Positions 10,858-21,835 of a stretch of DNA of 64,000 nucleotides are shown here, one piece after another. The DNA comes from Sedimentisphaerales bacterium (GTDB taxonomy: Bacteria > Planctomycetota > Phycisphaerae > Sedimentisphaerales > SM23-30): positions 96,001-160,000 of the forward strand of contig CAXXMR010000015.1 of the NCBI GenBank assembly GCA_963663805.2, written 5' to 3'. The position numbers were made by a program, and so were the translations under genes. Every line of letters begins with the position of its first letter. Within the stretch, counting starts at the first letter, position 1. The notes beneath the pieces are model-generated. The model worked only from the letters and a program-made list of their open reading frames with translations. It was not told where the DNA came from and did no database searches.

Positions 10858-11109
10858 CTTTGCCATACCCGCCATCCACAGGCGGCACAAAGCATTACCG
10901 GAATACTACCCTTAATACAGGCCAAAACTCAAGCCTGCTATTCTACTATATCCCTGTAATCTTAAAATGACAAGTAAAAATAATAATAAAAGTACAAATT
11001 TTTCGATATCGTCCCAAAGTTTGGGGGTGAATAGGTAAAATATGGACAATATAGGCTTGAAACGTGATATTAAATTGTCACAAAACAATTTCACGGAGGT
11101 TTCAAGCCT

Positions 11110-11613
11110 ATGCAGAGCATTATATCATTAGAAGTACTGACAGCGGTAGCGGAAAATGGTTTTTCGCTGGATGAATTGGTGATTACTGCCCGTAAGGTGT
11201 TTGAGCAGGAAGGTATGCCCGGATTAATCGGCATAATACTAAGGCTGGTCGATGAGAATATATCATTGCGATTATGCCAGGGTAAATCTCCCTGGCAGCC
11301 GACAGGTTGCTGTGAGCAATCGAGCTACGAATATCAGGATCGTCAGGAGCGAAGATTTCGTACCTCCGCAGGCACGGTAAAAATACGCTGGCGGCGTTTA
11401 CGCTGTCTTAATTGCGGCAAAAGCCTTGTGCCGCTCAGAGAATTTCTGGGCCTGGATGTATATCAGAGCAAAACTGCCGAATTGGAGAAGACCATTATTG
11501 AGGTAGTCAGCGAACAAAGTTATCGTCGCAGCAGCAATCATTTAGCAACCATTGGCAATATACCCGTAAGCCTTGGAGTCACCAAGATTCAAGCAGACTG
11601 TTTTAGCCGATAG
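11110..11613 (+). pseudogene. Truncated transposase N-terminus (ISKra4/ISLre2-like)
   Basis: RRFRTSAGTVKIRWRRLRCLNCG...PLREFLGL...SYRRSS pattern; ends prematurely where the opposite-strand IS fragment begins. Confidence 0.6.
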
Positions 11614-11800
11614 CCCATTGTCCGGGCTTGGCTGAAGTAGCGTTGCTCAATGTTGAGTGGCACTTCTTTAGCATCATGGCCAGGCATTTCTGGCATGTTG
11701 TCATAGTAGACATCATCCGGACGTAAGCCATCAAGTGACATGTGGGGACGCCATTGGTTATACCAGGTCTGGAATTCATTGCAAAGTTTGATTAGGTACT
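11589..11800 (-). pseudogene. Integrase-core (rve) transposase C-terminal fragment
   Basis: FQTWYNQWRPHMSLDGLRPDDVY matches the YN-x-RPH-SL-G-P tail of IS3/IS481-type transposases; cut off at a poly-C run (11809-11822). Confidence 0.6.
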
Positions 11801-12173
11801 TGAAGCCTCCCCCCCCCCCCCCACTGCCAATCACCAACCCGCTCGTTAACACGGTTAGCAAATTTTGAGTTATATTTTGGCTGGAAGCTCCGCTTGAGGC
11901 GAGTAATCTCCAGAAAACCAAGGTAAAGGGTTTAATTTTTGATATGCCCAAACGGTTGCTTGAAAAACGAGAGAAAACAACGCAAAAACGCGAGTATGGC
12001 ATAAGATATTTATTTATAAAGAGTTACAAAACATAGAGCGCAGGCTTTTTTCGTATCCTTTGGGGTCCCGACTTGGACACCAGAGCGTTAATCATTTTAG
12101 CAATTCCGAAATTCGTATGTTTCGGGGAGCTTAAAGAATTCTGGCGAACTTTGTCGCCAGTATGATTTAACGG

Positions 12174-12206
12174 AAACGCCCGGATATGAAAATAGCCGGG
12201 CGTTTT
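12174..12206. terminator. Stem-loop, possible bidirectional intrinsic terminator
   Basis: AAACGCCCGG ... CCGGGCGTTT(T) inverted repeat with A/T tails. Confidence 0.5.
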
Positions 12207-12604
12207 CATAACCTCTTGTTATCAAATAGTTACGGCGTTTTTTTGATTTTTCCCGCGCTCTCTGTTTCGAAGAGCACTTTCTAGGGTCCGAACAGAACCA
12301 TATACGTTATGTCTCGGAGCCCAGAAAATCTCTCCCAAACTCTCGAAAATTCTCTTTAACAGGCTCTCGGCGCTTAACAGGCCCGTATGCTTTGGGGCCA
12401 GGAGTGAAATCGAACTTTTGGGAGTTGAATCCATCGGGTTACAGAAAGCATTATACTAATAATCAACTTAAAACCGTTGATTTTGGCAATTACTGTTTTT
12501 CGTATTTTTACGAAAAAAAGATCCATCCCACTTTCAATATAATCCGTTACTACACAACCCGTTACCCCCCACCTCTTTATCATTCTCTTCTCCCCCAAAA
12601 TTTT

Positions 12605-12660
12605 CTCCCGCCATTTTTCATTTTCACCGGGTAATTGTCTAATAGACGGACTTATTTTTT
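12605..12660 (+). promoter_or_regulatory. Conserved upstream element, copy 1 (inverse copy at 61682-61738)
   Basis: CTCCCGCCA-N8-TTTCACCGGGTAATTGTCTAATAG; the 24-mer at 12622-12645 is the exact reverse complement of 61698-61721. Confidence 0.7.
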
Positions 12661-12727
12661 AACCCGCCAGACAGCGTGCCGGTCGCTCCGCGAAAGTCGT
12701 TGTGGGCATCTTCAAAAGGAGACTGCC

Positions 12728-12916
12728 ATGCACGATATGCTGGACGACCCGGGGGAGATGACCCCATCCCAAAGAAGCCGTGAAATTGCCGTCATTCTGG
12801 CCCGTGGGGTGCTCAGATTGCGTCAATGCCGGGAAAGCTCTCCAAATTCTCAAGAATCGGGCCACAATTGCCTTGATGAGGTGGCCCAGAAAGGCCCTCA
12901 TGGGGTCGTTGGTTAA
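12728..12916 (+). CDS. Small hypothetical protein of the DUF2924/recombinase module
   Basis: GGAG RBS then MHDMLDDPGEMTPSQRSREIAVILARGVLRL; first gene of the module. Confidence 0.6.
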   Translation: MHDMLDDPGEMTPSQRSREIAVILARGVLRLRQCRESSPNSQESGHNCLDEVAQKGPHGVVG

Positions 12917-12940
12917 CAAACGCGAGAACAGGAGTACATC

Positions 12941-13432
12941 ATGAACATCGGTAAACAGATCGCTGCATTGCAGCGGATGACGGTCACGGAACTGCGGCAG
13001 AGGCACCTGGAGGCCTTCGGGGAGCCCAACCGCTCGGGGCACAAGGATTATCTGGTCAAGCGAATTGCCTGGCGGCTTCAGGCCCAGAATGAGGGTACGC
13101 TCTCGGAGCGAGCCCGCAGGCGGGCGGAGGAACTGGCCGACGACGCTGATCTGCGCAGTACCATGCCCAAGATGGCCCAGTGCCCTTCGGGCACTGTCGT
13201 CCCGGTGAAAATCGCACCCGATCATGACCCACGTCTGCCGCTGCCGGGTGCTGTGCTGACACGCAGGTATAAGGGCCGGACTATCAAGGTCTGGGTCAAA
13301 CCGCGGGGTTTTGAGTACGAGGGCAAGATTTACCGCAGTCTTTCCGCGGTAGCAAAGGCGGTCACGGGCACCCACTGGAATGGTTTTCATTTTTTCAACA
13401 TCCATAAAAAGAACGGAGTCGCTGATGAGTAA
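12941..13432 (+). CDS. DUF2924-family protein
   Basis: LVKRIAWRLQA, PGAVLTRRYKG, GFEYEGKIYRSLSAVAKAVTGTHWNGFHFF; this family typically precedes large serine recombinases. Confidence 0.85.
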   Translation: MNIGKQIAALQRMTVTELRQRHLEAFGEPNRSGHKDYLVKRIAWRLQAQNEGTLSERARRRAEELADDADLRSTMPKMAQCPSGTVVPVKIAPDHDPRLPLPGAVLTRRYKGRTIKVWVKPRGFEYEGKIYRSLSAVAKAVTGTHWNGFHFFNIHKKNGVADE

Positions 13433-14963
13433 TACTTTACGCTGTGCCATTTATACCCGCAAGAGTACTGAGGATGGGCTGGAGCAGGAGTACAATAGTC
13501 TGGATGCCCAGCGGGACGCGGGCGAGGCCTTCATCGCCAGCCAGAAATCAGAAGGCTGGATCTGTCTGCCTGACCGCTATGACGACGGCGGGTTCACGGG
13601 CGGGAATATGGAACGGCCTGCTCTCAAACGCCTGCTGGATGCCATTGAGGAGGGCAAGGTTGACTGTATCGTGGTTTATAAGGTAGACCGGCTCAGCCGC
13701 TCGTTGATTGATTTCTCGAAGATTATGGAGGTGCTGGAGCGTCGTTGCGTTTCGTTCGTCTCGGTTACCCAGCAGTTCAATACCAGCACCTCGATGGGCC
13801 GGTTGATGCTCAATGTACTGCTGTCTTTCGCCCAGTTTGAGCGGGAGATGATCTCGGAGCGGACCCGGGATAAGATTGCCGCCACACGGCGTAAGGGCAA
13901 ATGGTCTGGCGGCATGCCGCTGCTGGGCTATGATGTAAGGGACAGCAAACTACATGTCAATGAAGATGAGGCAGCTCGGGTACGGGGTATATTCGAGCTG
14001 TATCTGGAACATCAGTCGTTGCTGGCAACGGTGGCGGAACTGGACCGGCGAGGCTGGACTACCAAACGCTGGACCACACGCAAAGGAAATAAACGAGGCG
14101 GCAAGCCGTTCAATAAGAACAGTTTATTCAAACTGCTGACCAACCGGCTCTATCTTGGTAAAATAACCTATAAGGATGAAGTGCACGAAGGCGAACATGC
14201 CGCCATTGTGGATACGGAGATTTTTGAACGGGTCCAGCGTCTGCTCAAGCGTAACGGGCGCAGCGGCGGCAAACACGTGCGGAACCGGTTCGGGGCGTTA
14301 TTGAAGGGGCTGATACGCTGTGTGCCCTGCGACTGCGGCATGGTACATACCCACGCCACCAAGAACAGTAATAAGAGGTATCGCTACTATGTCTGTGCCC
14401 AGGCCCAGAGCCGAGGCTGGCATAACTGCCCGTCACCTTCCGTACCGGCAGGTGAACTGGAGCGTTTTGTCGTGGAGCAGGTCAAGGGTCTGGGCCGGGA
14501 CAGCAACCTCTTAAATGAGACGCTTGCAGAATGTCGGCGTCAGCGGGAAGAGGTGATCGGCAAGCTGGAAGTGGAGAAACATACCCTGGAGCGCGAACTG
14601 CGTCGCCACAATGCCGAACTGCGGGAGATGGCGGGCTGTGGCGAGCGGGACGGCGTGACGCTGGCCCGTATGGCCGATGTTCAGGACCGTATCCGCACTG
14701 CCCGGCAGCGGGCCACGGAAGTGTCTGACCAGATTGCGGCCCTGTCACGCGAGCTGGTAGATGCCCGGGAAGTGGGCGAAGCCTGTGCCCTGTTCGACCC
14801 ACTCTGGGAGACGCTCACCGCCCGGGAACAGGCCCGCATTCTGCATTTACTCATCGAGCGGGTGGATTATGACGGGGAAAATGGTACTGTGGCCATCACC
14901 TTCCACCCCACAGGAATCAGGACACTGAGCGATGAACTTAATCACGAGGAGGTTGCAGTATGA
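13425..14963 (+). CDS. Large serine recombinase (integrase)
   Basis: RCAIYTRKS catalytic Ser motif, VYKVDRLSRS, FAQFEREMISER, recombinase domain, Zn ribbon (LIRCVPCDC...YYVC...C), coiled coil. Confidence 0.95.
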   Translation: MSNTLRCAIYTRKSTEDGLEQEYNSLDAQRDAGEAFIASQKSEGWICLPDRYDDGGFTGGNMERPALKRLLDAIEEGKVDCIVVYKVDRLSRSLIDFSKIMEVLERRCVSFVSVTQQFNTSTSMGRLMLNVLLSFAQFEREMISERTRDKIAATRRKGKWSGGMPLLGYDVRDSKLHVNEDEAARVRGIFELYLEHQSLLATVAELDRRGWTTKRWTTRKGNKRGGKPFNKNSLFKLLTNRLYLGKITYKDEVHEGEHAAIVDTEIFERVQRLLKRNGRSGGKHVRNRFGALLKGLIRCVPCDCGMVHTHATKNSNKRYRYYVCAQAQSRGWHNCPSPSVPAGELERFVVEQVKGLGRDSNLLNETLAECRRQREEVIGKLEVEKHTLERELRRHNAELREMAGCGERDGVTLARMADVQDRIRTARQRATEVSDQIAALSRELVDAREVGEACALFDPLWETLTAREQARILHLLIERVDYDGENGTVAITFHPTGIRTLSDELNHEEVAV

Positions 14964-15382
14964 AAAAACTAACCATCGAACGCCAGGTGCATTTTGGCCG
15001 GGGGCGCAACAGCCGCAAGGTAATTCAGGAAGGGCCACGTCCGGAACCGCGTGGGGAGGGTCGAATACCACGTATCGCGAAAATAATGGCCCTGGCGTTG
15101 CGTTTTGAGCGGTTAATTCGGGATGGCGAGATCACCGATCAGGCTGAGCTCGCCCGGCTCGGGCACGTCAGCCGGGCCCGAGTGACACAAATCATGAATC
15201 TGCTTATGCTGGCCCCGGATATTCAGGAAGAGATACTCTTTCTGCCGCTCACTTACTCGGGACGCGACCCCATCCGAGAGATTATGGTCCGGCCGCTTAC
15301 CGCCGTGCTTGACTGGCGCAAACAGCGGCGATTGTGGCGGGAGGTGAATGAGTTAGGCGAAGTGGATGGAAATGTGGCGTGA
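14960..15382 (+). CDS. Recombinase-associated HTH-like protein
   Basis: AELARLGHVSRARVTQIMNLLMLAPDIQEEIL; overlaps the recombinase stop (ATGA). Confidence 0.75.
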   Translation: MKKLTIERQVHFGRGRNSRKVIQEGPRPEPRGEGRIPRIAKIMALALRFERLIRDGEITDQAELARLGHVSRARVTQIMNLLMLAPDIQEEILFLPLTYSGRDPIREIMVRPLTAVLDWRKQRRLWREVNELGEVDGNVA

Positions 15383-15739
15383 GTTCGTGGGTGGGGTCAG
15401 TTTCGCTACAGGCTCAAAGAATTCATGGTCTGTTACCACGTCGGTCGTGTTCATCAAGGACGGTAGTATCATCAATCCAAAGCACGAATCTTCTGTATTG
15501 AACGACTCCCTCTGCGAATTACTTAAATCCTACCATCGCAAAGCTGCGTAACCATTTGCCAAAGCATAAAACTTTGCCGCTACCGGTATGCGCCGAAATC
15601 GATATTATGTTGCCAAAGAGCAATGTCAGCACTAGAAGTGCTGAAAAATCCGATCCAATTTCACTATATTTCTGCTGGCAACTTTCTGAAATTACCGTAT
15701 TTTAGCTTCGGATTACTTTTTGCCTATTACGAATACAAA

Positions 15740-16765
15740 TTAGTCTTCGAACGTTTTTGCATAATCATTATGTGCAAGATGTACCCAACTTAAATAAGGC
15801 CCATAATAACCACTAGGACGCGAATAGTATGTAAACTCCATGGTTTCTAAATTTACGATACAAACTGAGGCCCCAGGGGTTGGGGCTCTGTCAACTCTGC
15901 TAAAATCATTTACCCGGCCAACATCTTCAGTAAATTCATGTGTGAAGGCTAGGTATTTACTGCAAGGTGATAAAGTTGGAGGTCCACAAGCAAATCGATT
16001 TTTAAACAAAAACTCCTTTTTTCTTGTTTGCAGATCAAAAACAAATACGCGTTTTTCGTCTTCAGTAACTACAAGCTTATCCTCTCTCCAAAACACCACG
16101 GATGAATAATTGCCTGTTACTATTAAGTCTGTAGCTTCTGTTTCAAAGCTATACGTCATTATACCTTTTGTGCAAACAAAAGCGATTTCCGAATTTGACA
16201 ACCATGCAGGCGTAGCGCGAACTTTAGGCGAATATCCTGAAACAGAAAGTTTGTCGCTATCACTTAAGTCAACAACCTCAATTGTCGCTGAAATGTCATC
16301 TGCTCCTTGAGTATAAATTAAATAATCTTGATTCGGAGAAAGAGAAAAATCCCAAATGGACACATCTCGAGCTAACACAGACTCTACTTCCAAACCAGAC
16401 TTCCTGACTATTAAGTCAGATGAATAATGTTCCCTTGAGCAGTAATATAAATCCCCACAACTACTCAAAAATGCCGACCAGCACTCATTACCGCAGTCTT
16501 CGCATATAGTTTCTTCCTTATGCAAATTTGGCCAACTTAGAACTATCTGGCCAGATTTCTGATTATAAACATTTCCAAATAACATCGCCGAATCTTCTGG
16601 TAACTTGAAATTATCCGGCTGAACATAATTAATTTTCGATTTTACGCCCCATTTTAACCCTAAAAACATGATCGCATAAGGGCAGAAAATAATTAGACAT
16701 AGCGAGCCAAAACATATCGAAATCCAAAAAAAATATTTTATGGGATATCGTAACAATAATTTCAC
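15740..16765 (-). CDS. Membrane-anchored TolB/WD40-like beta-propeller, probable orphan immunity protein
   Basis: N-terminal TM; FSLSPNQDYLIY, PAWLSNSEIAF, LSPCSKYLAF repeats; clear paralogue of 17482-18483 and 20794-21813; AT-rich. Confidence 0.7.
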   Translation of the reverse strand: MKLLLRYPIKYFFWISICFGSLCLIIFCPYAIMFLGLKWGVKSKINYVQPDNFKLPEDSAMLFGNVYNQKSGQIVLSWPNLHKEETICEDCGNECWSAFLSSCGDLYYCSREHYSSDLIVRKSGLEVESVLARDVSIWDFSLSPNQDYLIYTQGADDISATIEVVDLSDSDKLSVSGYSPKVRATPAWLSNSEIAFVCTKGIMTYSFETEATDLIVTGNYSSVVFWREDKLVVTEDEKRVFVFDLQTRKKEFLFKNRFACGPPTLSPCSKYLAFTHEFTEDVGRVNDFSRVDRAPTPGASVCIVNLETMEFTYYSRPSGYYGPYLSWVHLAHNDYAKTFED

Positions 16766-16832
16766 AACTGGTAGATCCTAATACATATTAAACGCATCGT
16801 AAAAATTATTACTTTTTCTTAATACAACAACT

Positions 16833-17235
16833 GGTTTTCCCAAATATATTCGCAGTGATAACGGGCCGGAATTTGTCAGCCGGTCCTTCAGAAAGTTTTG
16901 CTGCACAAATCGGATTCGCCATCGGCGTATCGAACCGGGCAAACCCAAGCAGAACAGTTTTATAGAACGGTTTAACCGCAGCTATCGTGAGGACATTTTA
17001 GATATGTATGCATTTAAGAACCTGCGTCAGGTAAGAGATTTAACCATCGATTGGCTAATCGAATACAATTATGATCGCGGCCACAGCTCATTGGAAGGCC
17101 AAAGTCCCGTCGAGTACAGCCGCAGTTTTCCCCCTTTCACCCCTCAGCGTTCGGGTGAAGGGCCAAAAGGGAAAAAACTGCTCTGTGTAACGTGAATTCT
17201 CCAGTTTTAACTGTTCAAAGAATGGGGTATTGACA
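16833..17235 (+). mobile_element. IS3-family remnant (3' part of transposase and right end)
   Basis: Reads PKYIRSDNGPEF...PGKPKQNSFIERFNRSYR...YNYDRGHSSL; ends in ...GGGGTATTGACA. Confidence 0.8.
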
Positions 17236-17481
17236 CGGTGAATTAGGAGCTTATGTTCAGATTTATTTCTCATAGCTTAGTAATTCCCAGATATAACCGG
17301 CCTGAACCTTGATTTTGGCAGCCAATAGCTGATTTGGGCGAGGCTCCACGTGTTTGCCCCTAACAGTTTCCCGGTATCTTTAATACAGTCTCAATATAAT
17401 AAACATTATAACACAAACAATTCCTTTTAGCTTGTACATATTATCACCTATTATCAACATTTCTTTTTTGCTTTTACGACT

Positions 17482-18483
17482 TCAGTCTTCGAATGGTTTG
17501 TTTACATAATCTTCATACGAAATATGCGTCCAACTCACAAATAAACTATAAAAATAATAATTATTAATGTTTGGCCGGGAATAAAAAGTATATTCCATTG
17601 TCTCTAGGTTGACAATACACACGGTAGCGCCATTATGGGGTTTGTAATTATGTTTTGACCTCTGAAAAAAATCTTCAGGAAGTTTATACGAAAATGCAGC
17701 ATATTTTCTGCAGGGAGAAATTGCCGCCGGACCGCATATGGAACCATCATGAAAAAAATATTCCTTATTTTTTGACTGCAGATCAAGTGTGAATATCACG
17801 TCATCATCTTCAGCGACCAGAAGTACATTATCCCGCCAATAGACTACTGAAGAATATTCTCCTTTAGCAATTAGTTCCGAAGATTTATTCTGCAAATCAT
17901 ATAAAACTATACCCCTTAGTTCAACATAAGCAATTATCTCATTTGAGATCCATGTCGGTACACTATAAAACAAGACGCCCGGTATTGTATGTTTGCTCCC
18001 ATTTCCCAAGTTATATATTTGGATAACATTTTGATCATCTTGAATTTTTTCGACGTATCCCAGATACTTCTGATTGGGAGATATAGAGAAATCAGGCCAA
18101 AAATCTCCTCGCACAATTTCAACTTTATTTCCTTTGTGCATCTTCCTTATACTGTCATAACCATATTCTGTTCTGCCTTTATAATAATATTCTCCGCTAT
18201 TTCCACACCTTCCTGACCAGCAGGACACCTCAAAATCTTCCACAGGAAATTCTTCCACATGCTGTTTGGGCCAGTTCAAAATCAGTTTATGACGATTATC
18301 ATTATTATAAATGCCCCCTGTTAATATTGCATAATCCTCGGGGAATTCAAACTGCTCGGGCAAAGTGTATTCACCCCTCCCATTTAAGTCTCTTTTTAGT
18401 GGCAATACCACCTGAATAACTAGAATTGATATTACCAGTAAACCCAAGAAAAGAAAATTTTGTTTTTTCCCTTTCATCCACAT
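17482..18483 (-). CDS. Membrane-anchored beta-propeller, probable immunity protein for the 18549-19396 toxin
   Basis: Directly downstream of the toxin; shares LNWPK, SISPNQKYL and IVNLETMEYTFYSRP with its paralogues. Confidence 0.7.
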   Translation of the reverse strand: MWMKGKKQNFLFLGLLVISILVIQVVLPLKRDLNGRGEYTLPEQFEFPEDYAILTGGIYNNDNRHKLILNWPKQHVEEFPVEDFEVSCWSGRCGNSGEYYYKGRTEYGYDSIRKMHKGNKVEIVRGDFWPDFSISPNQKYLGYVEKIQDDQNVIQIYNLGNGSKHTIPGVLFYSVPTWISNEIIAYVELRGIVLYDLQNKSSELIAKGEYSSVVYWRDNVLLVAEDDDVIFTLDLQSKNKEYFFHDGSICGPAAISPCRKYAAFSYKLPEDFFQRSKHNYKPHNGATVCIVNLETMEYTFYSRPNINNYYFYSLFVSWTHISYEDYVNKPFED

Positions 18484-18548
18484 TCGTATTTACTCAATAA
18501 AAGTTTTGTAATAATCTTCTATTCACCAAACATCATAGGAATCAGTCA

Positions 18549-19396
18549 TTACCAAAGTGGATACTCTTCAGCTACCCAGTAATCATAAATTGGATTTACA
18601 TCCCAAAAACTTTTTCTCAAACAACAACTTTTCATTGCCTCTGCGGTCCAATCCCAGCAAACATAGAATTGTGCTGTACCATCTAAAAAACCCTGTTGAT
18701 ATGGTCGGTTATCCGCAGAAAAGCTAGCAAAACTATTTATACAACTAATTATATCATCGCAAGTTGCACACCTACAAGCCTTTCCTGGATTAACACCATA
18801 TCTTAGAAAACCACTATTTTTTTTAATGAGTGGATAAACATCAACTTTATTTGCAGGAAGAGAACCTTCTATCCTATCCTCAGCATGACCGTCAGGACTT
18901 TCAATATCTCCTCCTTGACGTAGTTCTCTTTCGTCATTAAGTCCTGCTAAACCCGTAAGCCCCCATGAACTCCCCCCACACTCGATCCATGAATGAGGAT
19001 TATCTGTGTCCGTATTGCTAGTTATCCCTCCCCATGCAGACTTTAATGCACTTTGTTTTTCTATCATTAAATAGCAACCGCATGAACCATTTTGTCAATC
19101 CCCGGCGGATTAGGATATCTATCATAGAATTCCAATCCCCATGGGTCAGTCAGCATTGTCGGTCTGGACAAGACATATGCGTACAAGGATATATCGGCAG
19201 CATACTGAATTTTAGGCATAAAAGACCGCACATTCGGGGCCCCATTTTTGTCATAAGCTGCTAAAGCCAATCCATCCTGCACTCCCTGTGGCTCGCGAGT
19301 CAAAAACCTACCAGTTTCGGGATCATACATCGCATTGGCAAAAGGTACGGCCACAAACAAACATAACAGAATTAACGTCATACATTTCTTAATCAT
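18549..19396 (-). CDS. Signal peptide + Rhs core tail + Cys-rich toxin tip (frameshifted near 19090)
   Basis: MIKKCMTLILLCLFVAVPFANA then MYDPETGRFLTREP...TDPWGL; adding one A to the run at ~19090 joins the 18549-19067 frame (GSCGCYLMIE...PHSWIECG), homologous to the 21836 tip. Confidence 0.7.
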
Positions 19397-20334
19397 CAGA
19401 TTGCTCCTCTACCACGAGTTTGGCTGCAAGTTCCTGATATTTCCGTTGAAATTCTTTCAGCTTATAATCCATGGCCTTGTGGACATTGGCTATGCGGCTG
19501 AATGTGTCCGGCATAAGTTCATAGGCCCGGGCATAACACACCAAAGCTTCATCTATCCTGCCGTTATCATACAAACAATGGCCCCGGGTTTCCAGGAAAA
19601 GCCCTAGCTCTTCCTCCGGCGTTAGAGAACGCAGATAGCCGTTCATCTTGACGTCTATATCAGTCAACTTATTCGGCCAATCTTTATAATGTTCATCCGG
19701 GTGAGTATCGCAACCGGGACAGCAGGCTTCCACATTGAATACTTCCGTACCATCATCCCAGCGAAAAAACACGTGCTCCCGTGTTAATACCAACTTGAGC
19801 GGATACCCCCAAACGTCGACCCACCGTTACGCATAGAGTGGGGATAGAGATACAGCCGCCTTTCATTTCGCCGTTAAGGCAGCCATGCAGGAAGAAGTCG
19901 CGTGAGTCATGAAAGTCGCTATTCTGCATAATATCCTGATCATAGTCAACACCGATAGCGTTTTTCAACGTAAGTATCATATTCACAATCTTGAACAGGT
20001 TAACGGAATTATCATATCGCTCAGGGGGCATCGTAATATGACTGAATGCGCGAAGCGGTATCCGCTTCAATCAGTTTGGTCCATTCATCCAGAGTTGTCA
20101 GGCAGGAATTAACATCAAGGTCTTCTGAGCCTTTAAGCCCTTGAGCACAGAGAAGGTTAACGCGGCCAATATCTAACCGAGATAATTCGGTGGAAGATGA
20201 GGTGAGCAGTTGATTGAAGCTGTCAATTGCTGCGAAAGCTTTTTGTGGGCCTGTTTCCTCAGCCTTAAGTGGTAGCCATATTGCTACGAGAATAATCAAT
20301 ACTACAAGAAAGTTTAATTTTGCTGGAATGGTCA
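19389..20334 (-). pseudogene. Secreted transglutaminase-like (SirB1/Transglut_core2-like) + TPR protein, split into three ORFs
   Basis: Signal-like MTIPAKLNFLVVLII; GGCISIPTL..VGRRLG(YP)LKLV..EHVFFRWD..FNVE; TPR-like RGHCLYDNGRIDEAL; both breaks are +1 in 5-nt G/C runs. Confidence 0.6.
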
Positions 20335-20349
20335 TTCTAATCTCTGGTA

Positions 20350-20583
20350 CAATAGGGTTGCCGCTACGATGATCTTCGGCCAAATTGCCAGCATCATTGT
20401 ACGAAACGGTTGTTCCGCCGACAGTATCGTATTCATTGGCAATATTAGGCGAATACACAATATCAGTCCCGTTATTATGAGTTAAGCGATTGCCTAAGGT
20501 GTCGTAAACAAAGGTTTCGTCCGAATTAATATGGCTGCTATGATAATCGCTGCCGGTGACGCGGTCAAGGGTGTCGTAGGAAT
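20350..20583 (-). pseudogene. Short Rhs core fragment (YDTLDRVTG...YNDAGNL)
   Basis: Near-identical to the starts of the other Rhs modules; truncated after about 75 codons. Confidence 0.7.
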
Positions 20584-20793
20584 TATGAAAAATGTACCGG
20601 GGACATTAAATTCTCCCGAATTCTCCCGTACACCTTAAATTCTCCCCATGGTCAGATGCTACTTAATCCTTGTGAAGAATAAAGTTGTGGTGCCACAGCG
20701 GCAACCACGTCGGGACGATTATAACATAATTCGTCCCGGAGCATCTGGCTTTCATAGTTTCTTAAATTTTTCCGGGTGTAGTTGGCCGGAACC

Positions 20794-21813
20794 TCACTTT
20801 TTTACATAATCTTCATACGAAATATGTGCCCAATTTAAATATGGCCCATAACAACCACTGGGGCGAGAATAGTATGTATATTCCATTGTCTCCAAATTAA
20901 CAACAAATACTGAACTACCAAAACTAGGTTTTCTTCTAACTTTCATTACTTGTTCATAATTTTCTGGGAATTCATGTGGAAACGCTAAATACTTTTGATC
21001 GGATGAAATCGAGGGGGGGCCACAAATAAAATTATTTTTGAAAATAAATTTTTTCTTTTTCGTCTCGGTATCATAGACAAAGATATAACCCTCGTCTTTT
21101 AGAATAATAATTTTGCTTTTTTCCCAATATAAAACAGAGGAATACTGGCCAGAGACTAATAATTCCATAGCATTTTTGTCAATATTATATTTCATTATGC
21201 CTTCGGTGCAGACAAACACTATTTCCTGATCTGACAACCAAGTCGGTTTGGATCGTGAACTCAGCATATCTCCCAAAACACTCTTCTTGCTTCCATTTTT
21301 AAGATCAAGTACGTTGACAGCAATCTGATCTTCGGAAATATGTTCTGTATATGCGATAATATTTTCACTGGGTGACAATGAAAATGTATATATTTCATCC
21401 TCGGACACAAATATATTATCTTCACAATGATTATATTTTCCAATATAAGAAGCGAGGGCATTGAGGGTTACATTATCATATTTTATCGCACAGTAATAGA
21501 GTTTTTTGTCGCTTGAAAAAGCAGCTGACCAAAAAACTTTTTCCGCGCTTTCATATAGCACTTTTTCTTGGTGCAACTTTGGCCAATTTAAAATTAAACT
21601 GTTAGCCTTTTCATAAGCCGTCCCAAACAATAGGGCGTAACCTTCTGGAATATTAAATTTGTCAGGTTCAACGTATTGAATATTGGAGGTAGTTAAGTAT
21701 TTTACCCTTATAGGCATTGAAAACTCTGGAATCAGCCACAATACAAATAAGATTAAAAATAGAACCAATACCAACGAAGAATAGGATATAATTTTACCGT
21801 AACTCATAATCAA
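20794..21813 (-). CDS. Membrane-anchored beta-propeller, probable immunity protein for the 21836 toxin
   Basis: Directly downstream of the toxin; paralogue of 15740 and 17482. Confidence 0.7.
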   Translation of the reverse strand: MIMSYGKIISYSSLVLVLFLILFVLWLIPEFSMPIRVKYLTTSNIQYVEPDKFNIPEGYALLFGTAYEKANSLILNWPKLHQEKVLYESAEKVFWSAAFSSDKKLYYCAIKYDNVTLNALASYIGKYNHCEDNIFVSEDEIYTFSLSPSENIIAYTEHISEDQIAVNVLDLKNGSKKSVLGDMLSSRSKPTWLSDQEIVFVCTEGIMKYNIDKNAMELLVSGQYSSVLYWEKSKIIILKDEGYIFVYDTETKKKKFIFKNNFICGPPSISSDQKYLAFPHEFPENYEQVMKVRRKPSFGSSVFVVNLETMEYTYYSRPSGCYGPYLNWAHISYEDYVKK

Positions 21814-21835
21814 ATCTTAAACATTAAAAACAATA

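Noticed and set aside
11805..11829. tRNA 3' end / att site (poly-C then ACTGCCA)
   Set aside because: Resembles a tRNA acceptor end but has no T-arm and no second copy in the window; may be an assembly artefact
20714..20738. Hairpin GGGACGATTAT-AAC-ATAATTCGTCCC as part of the cassette junction
   Set aside because: Seen at only one junction; more simply a terminator-like structure after the immunity gene
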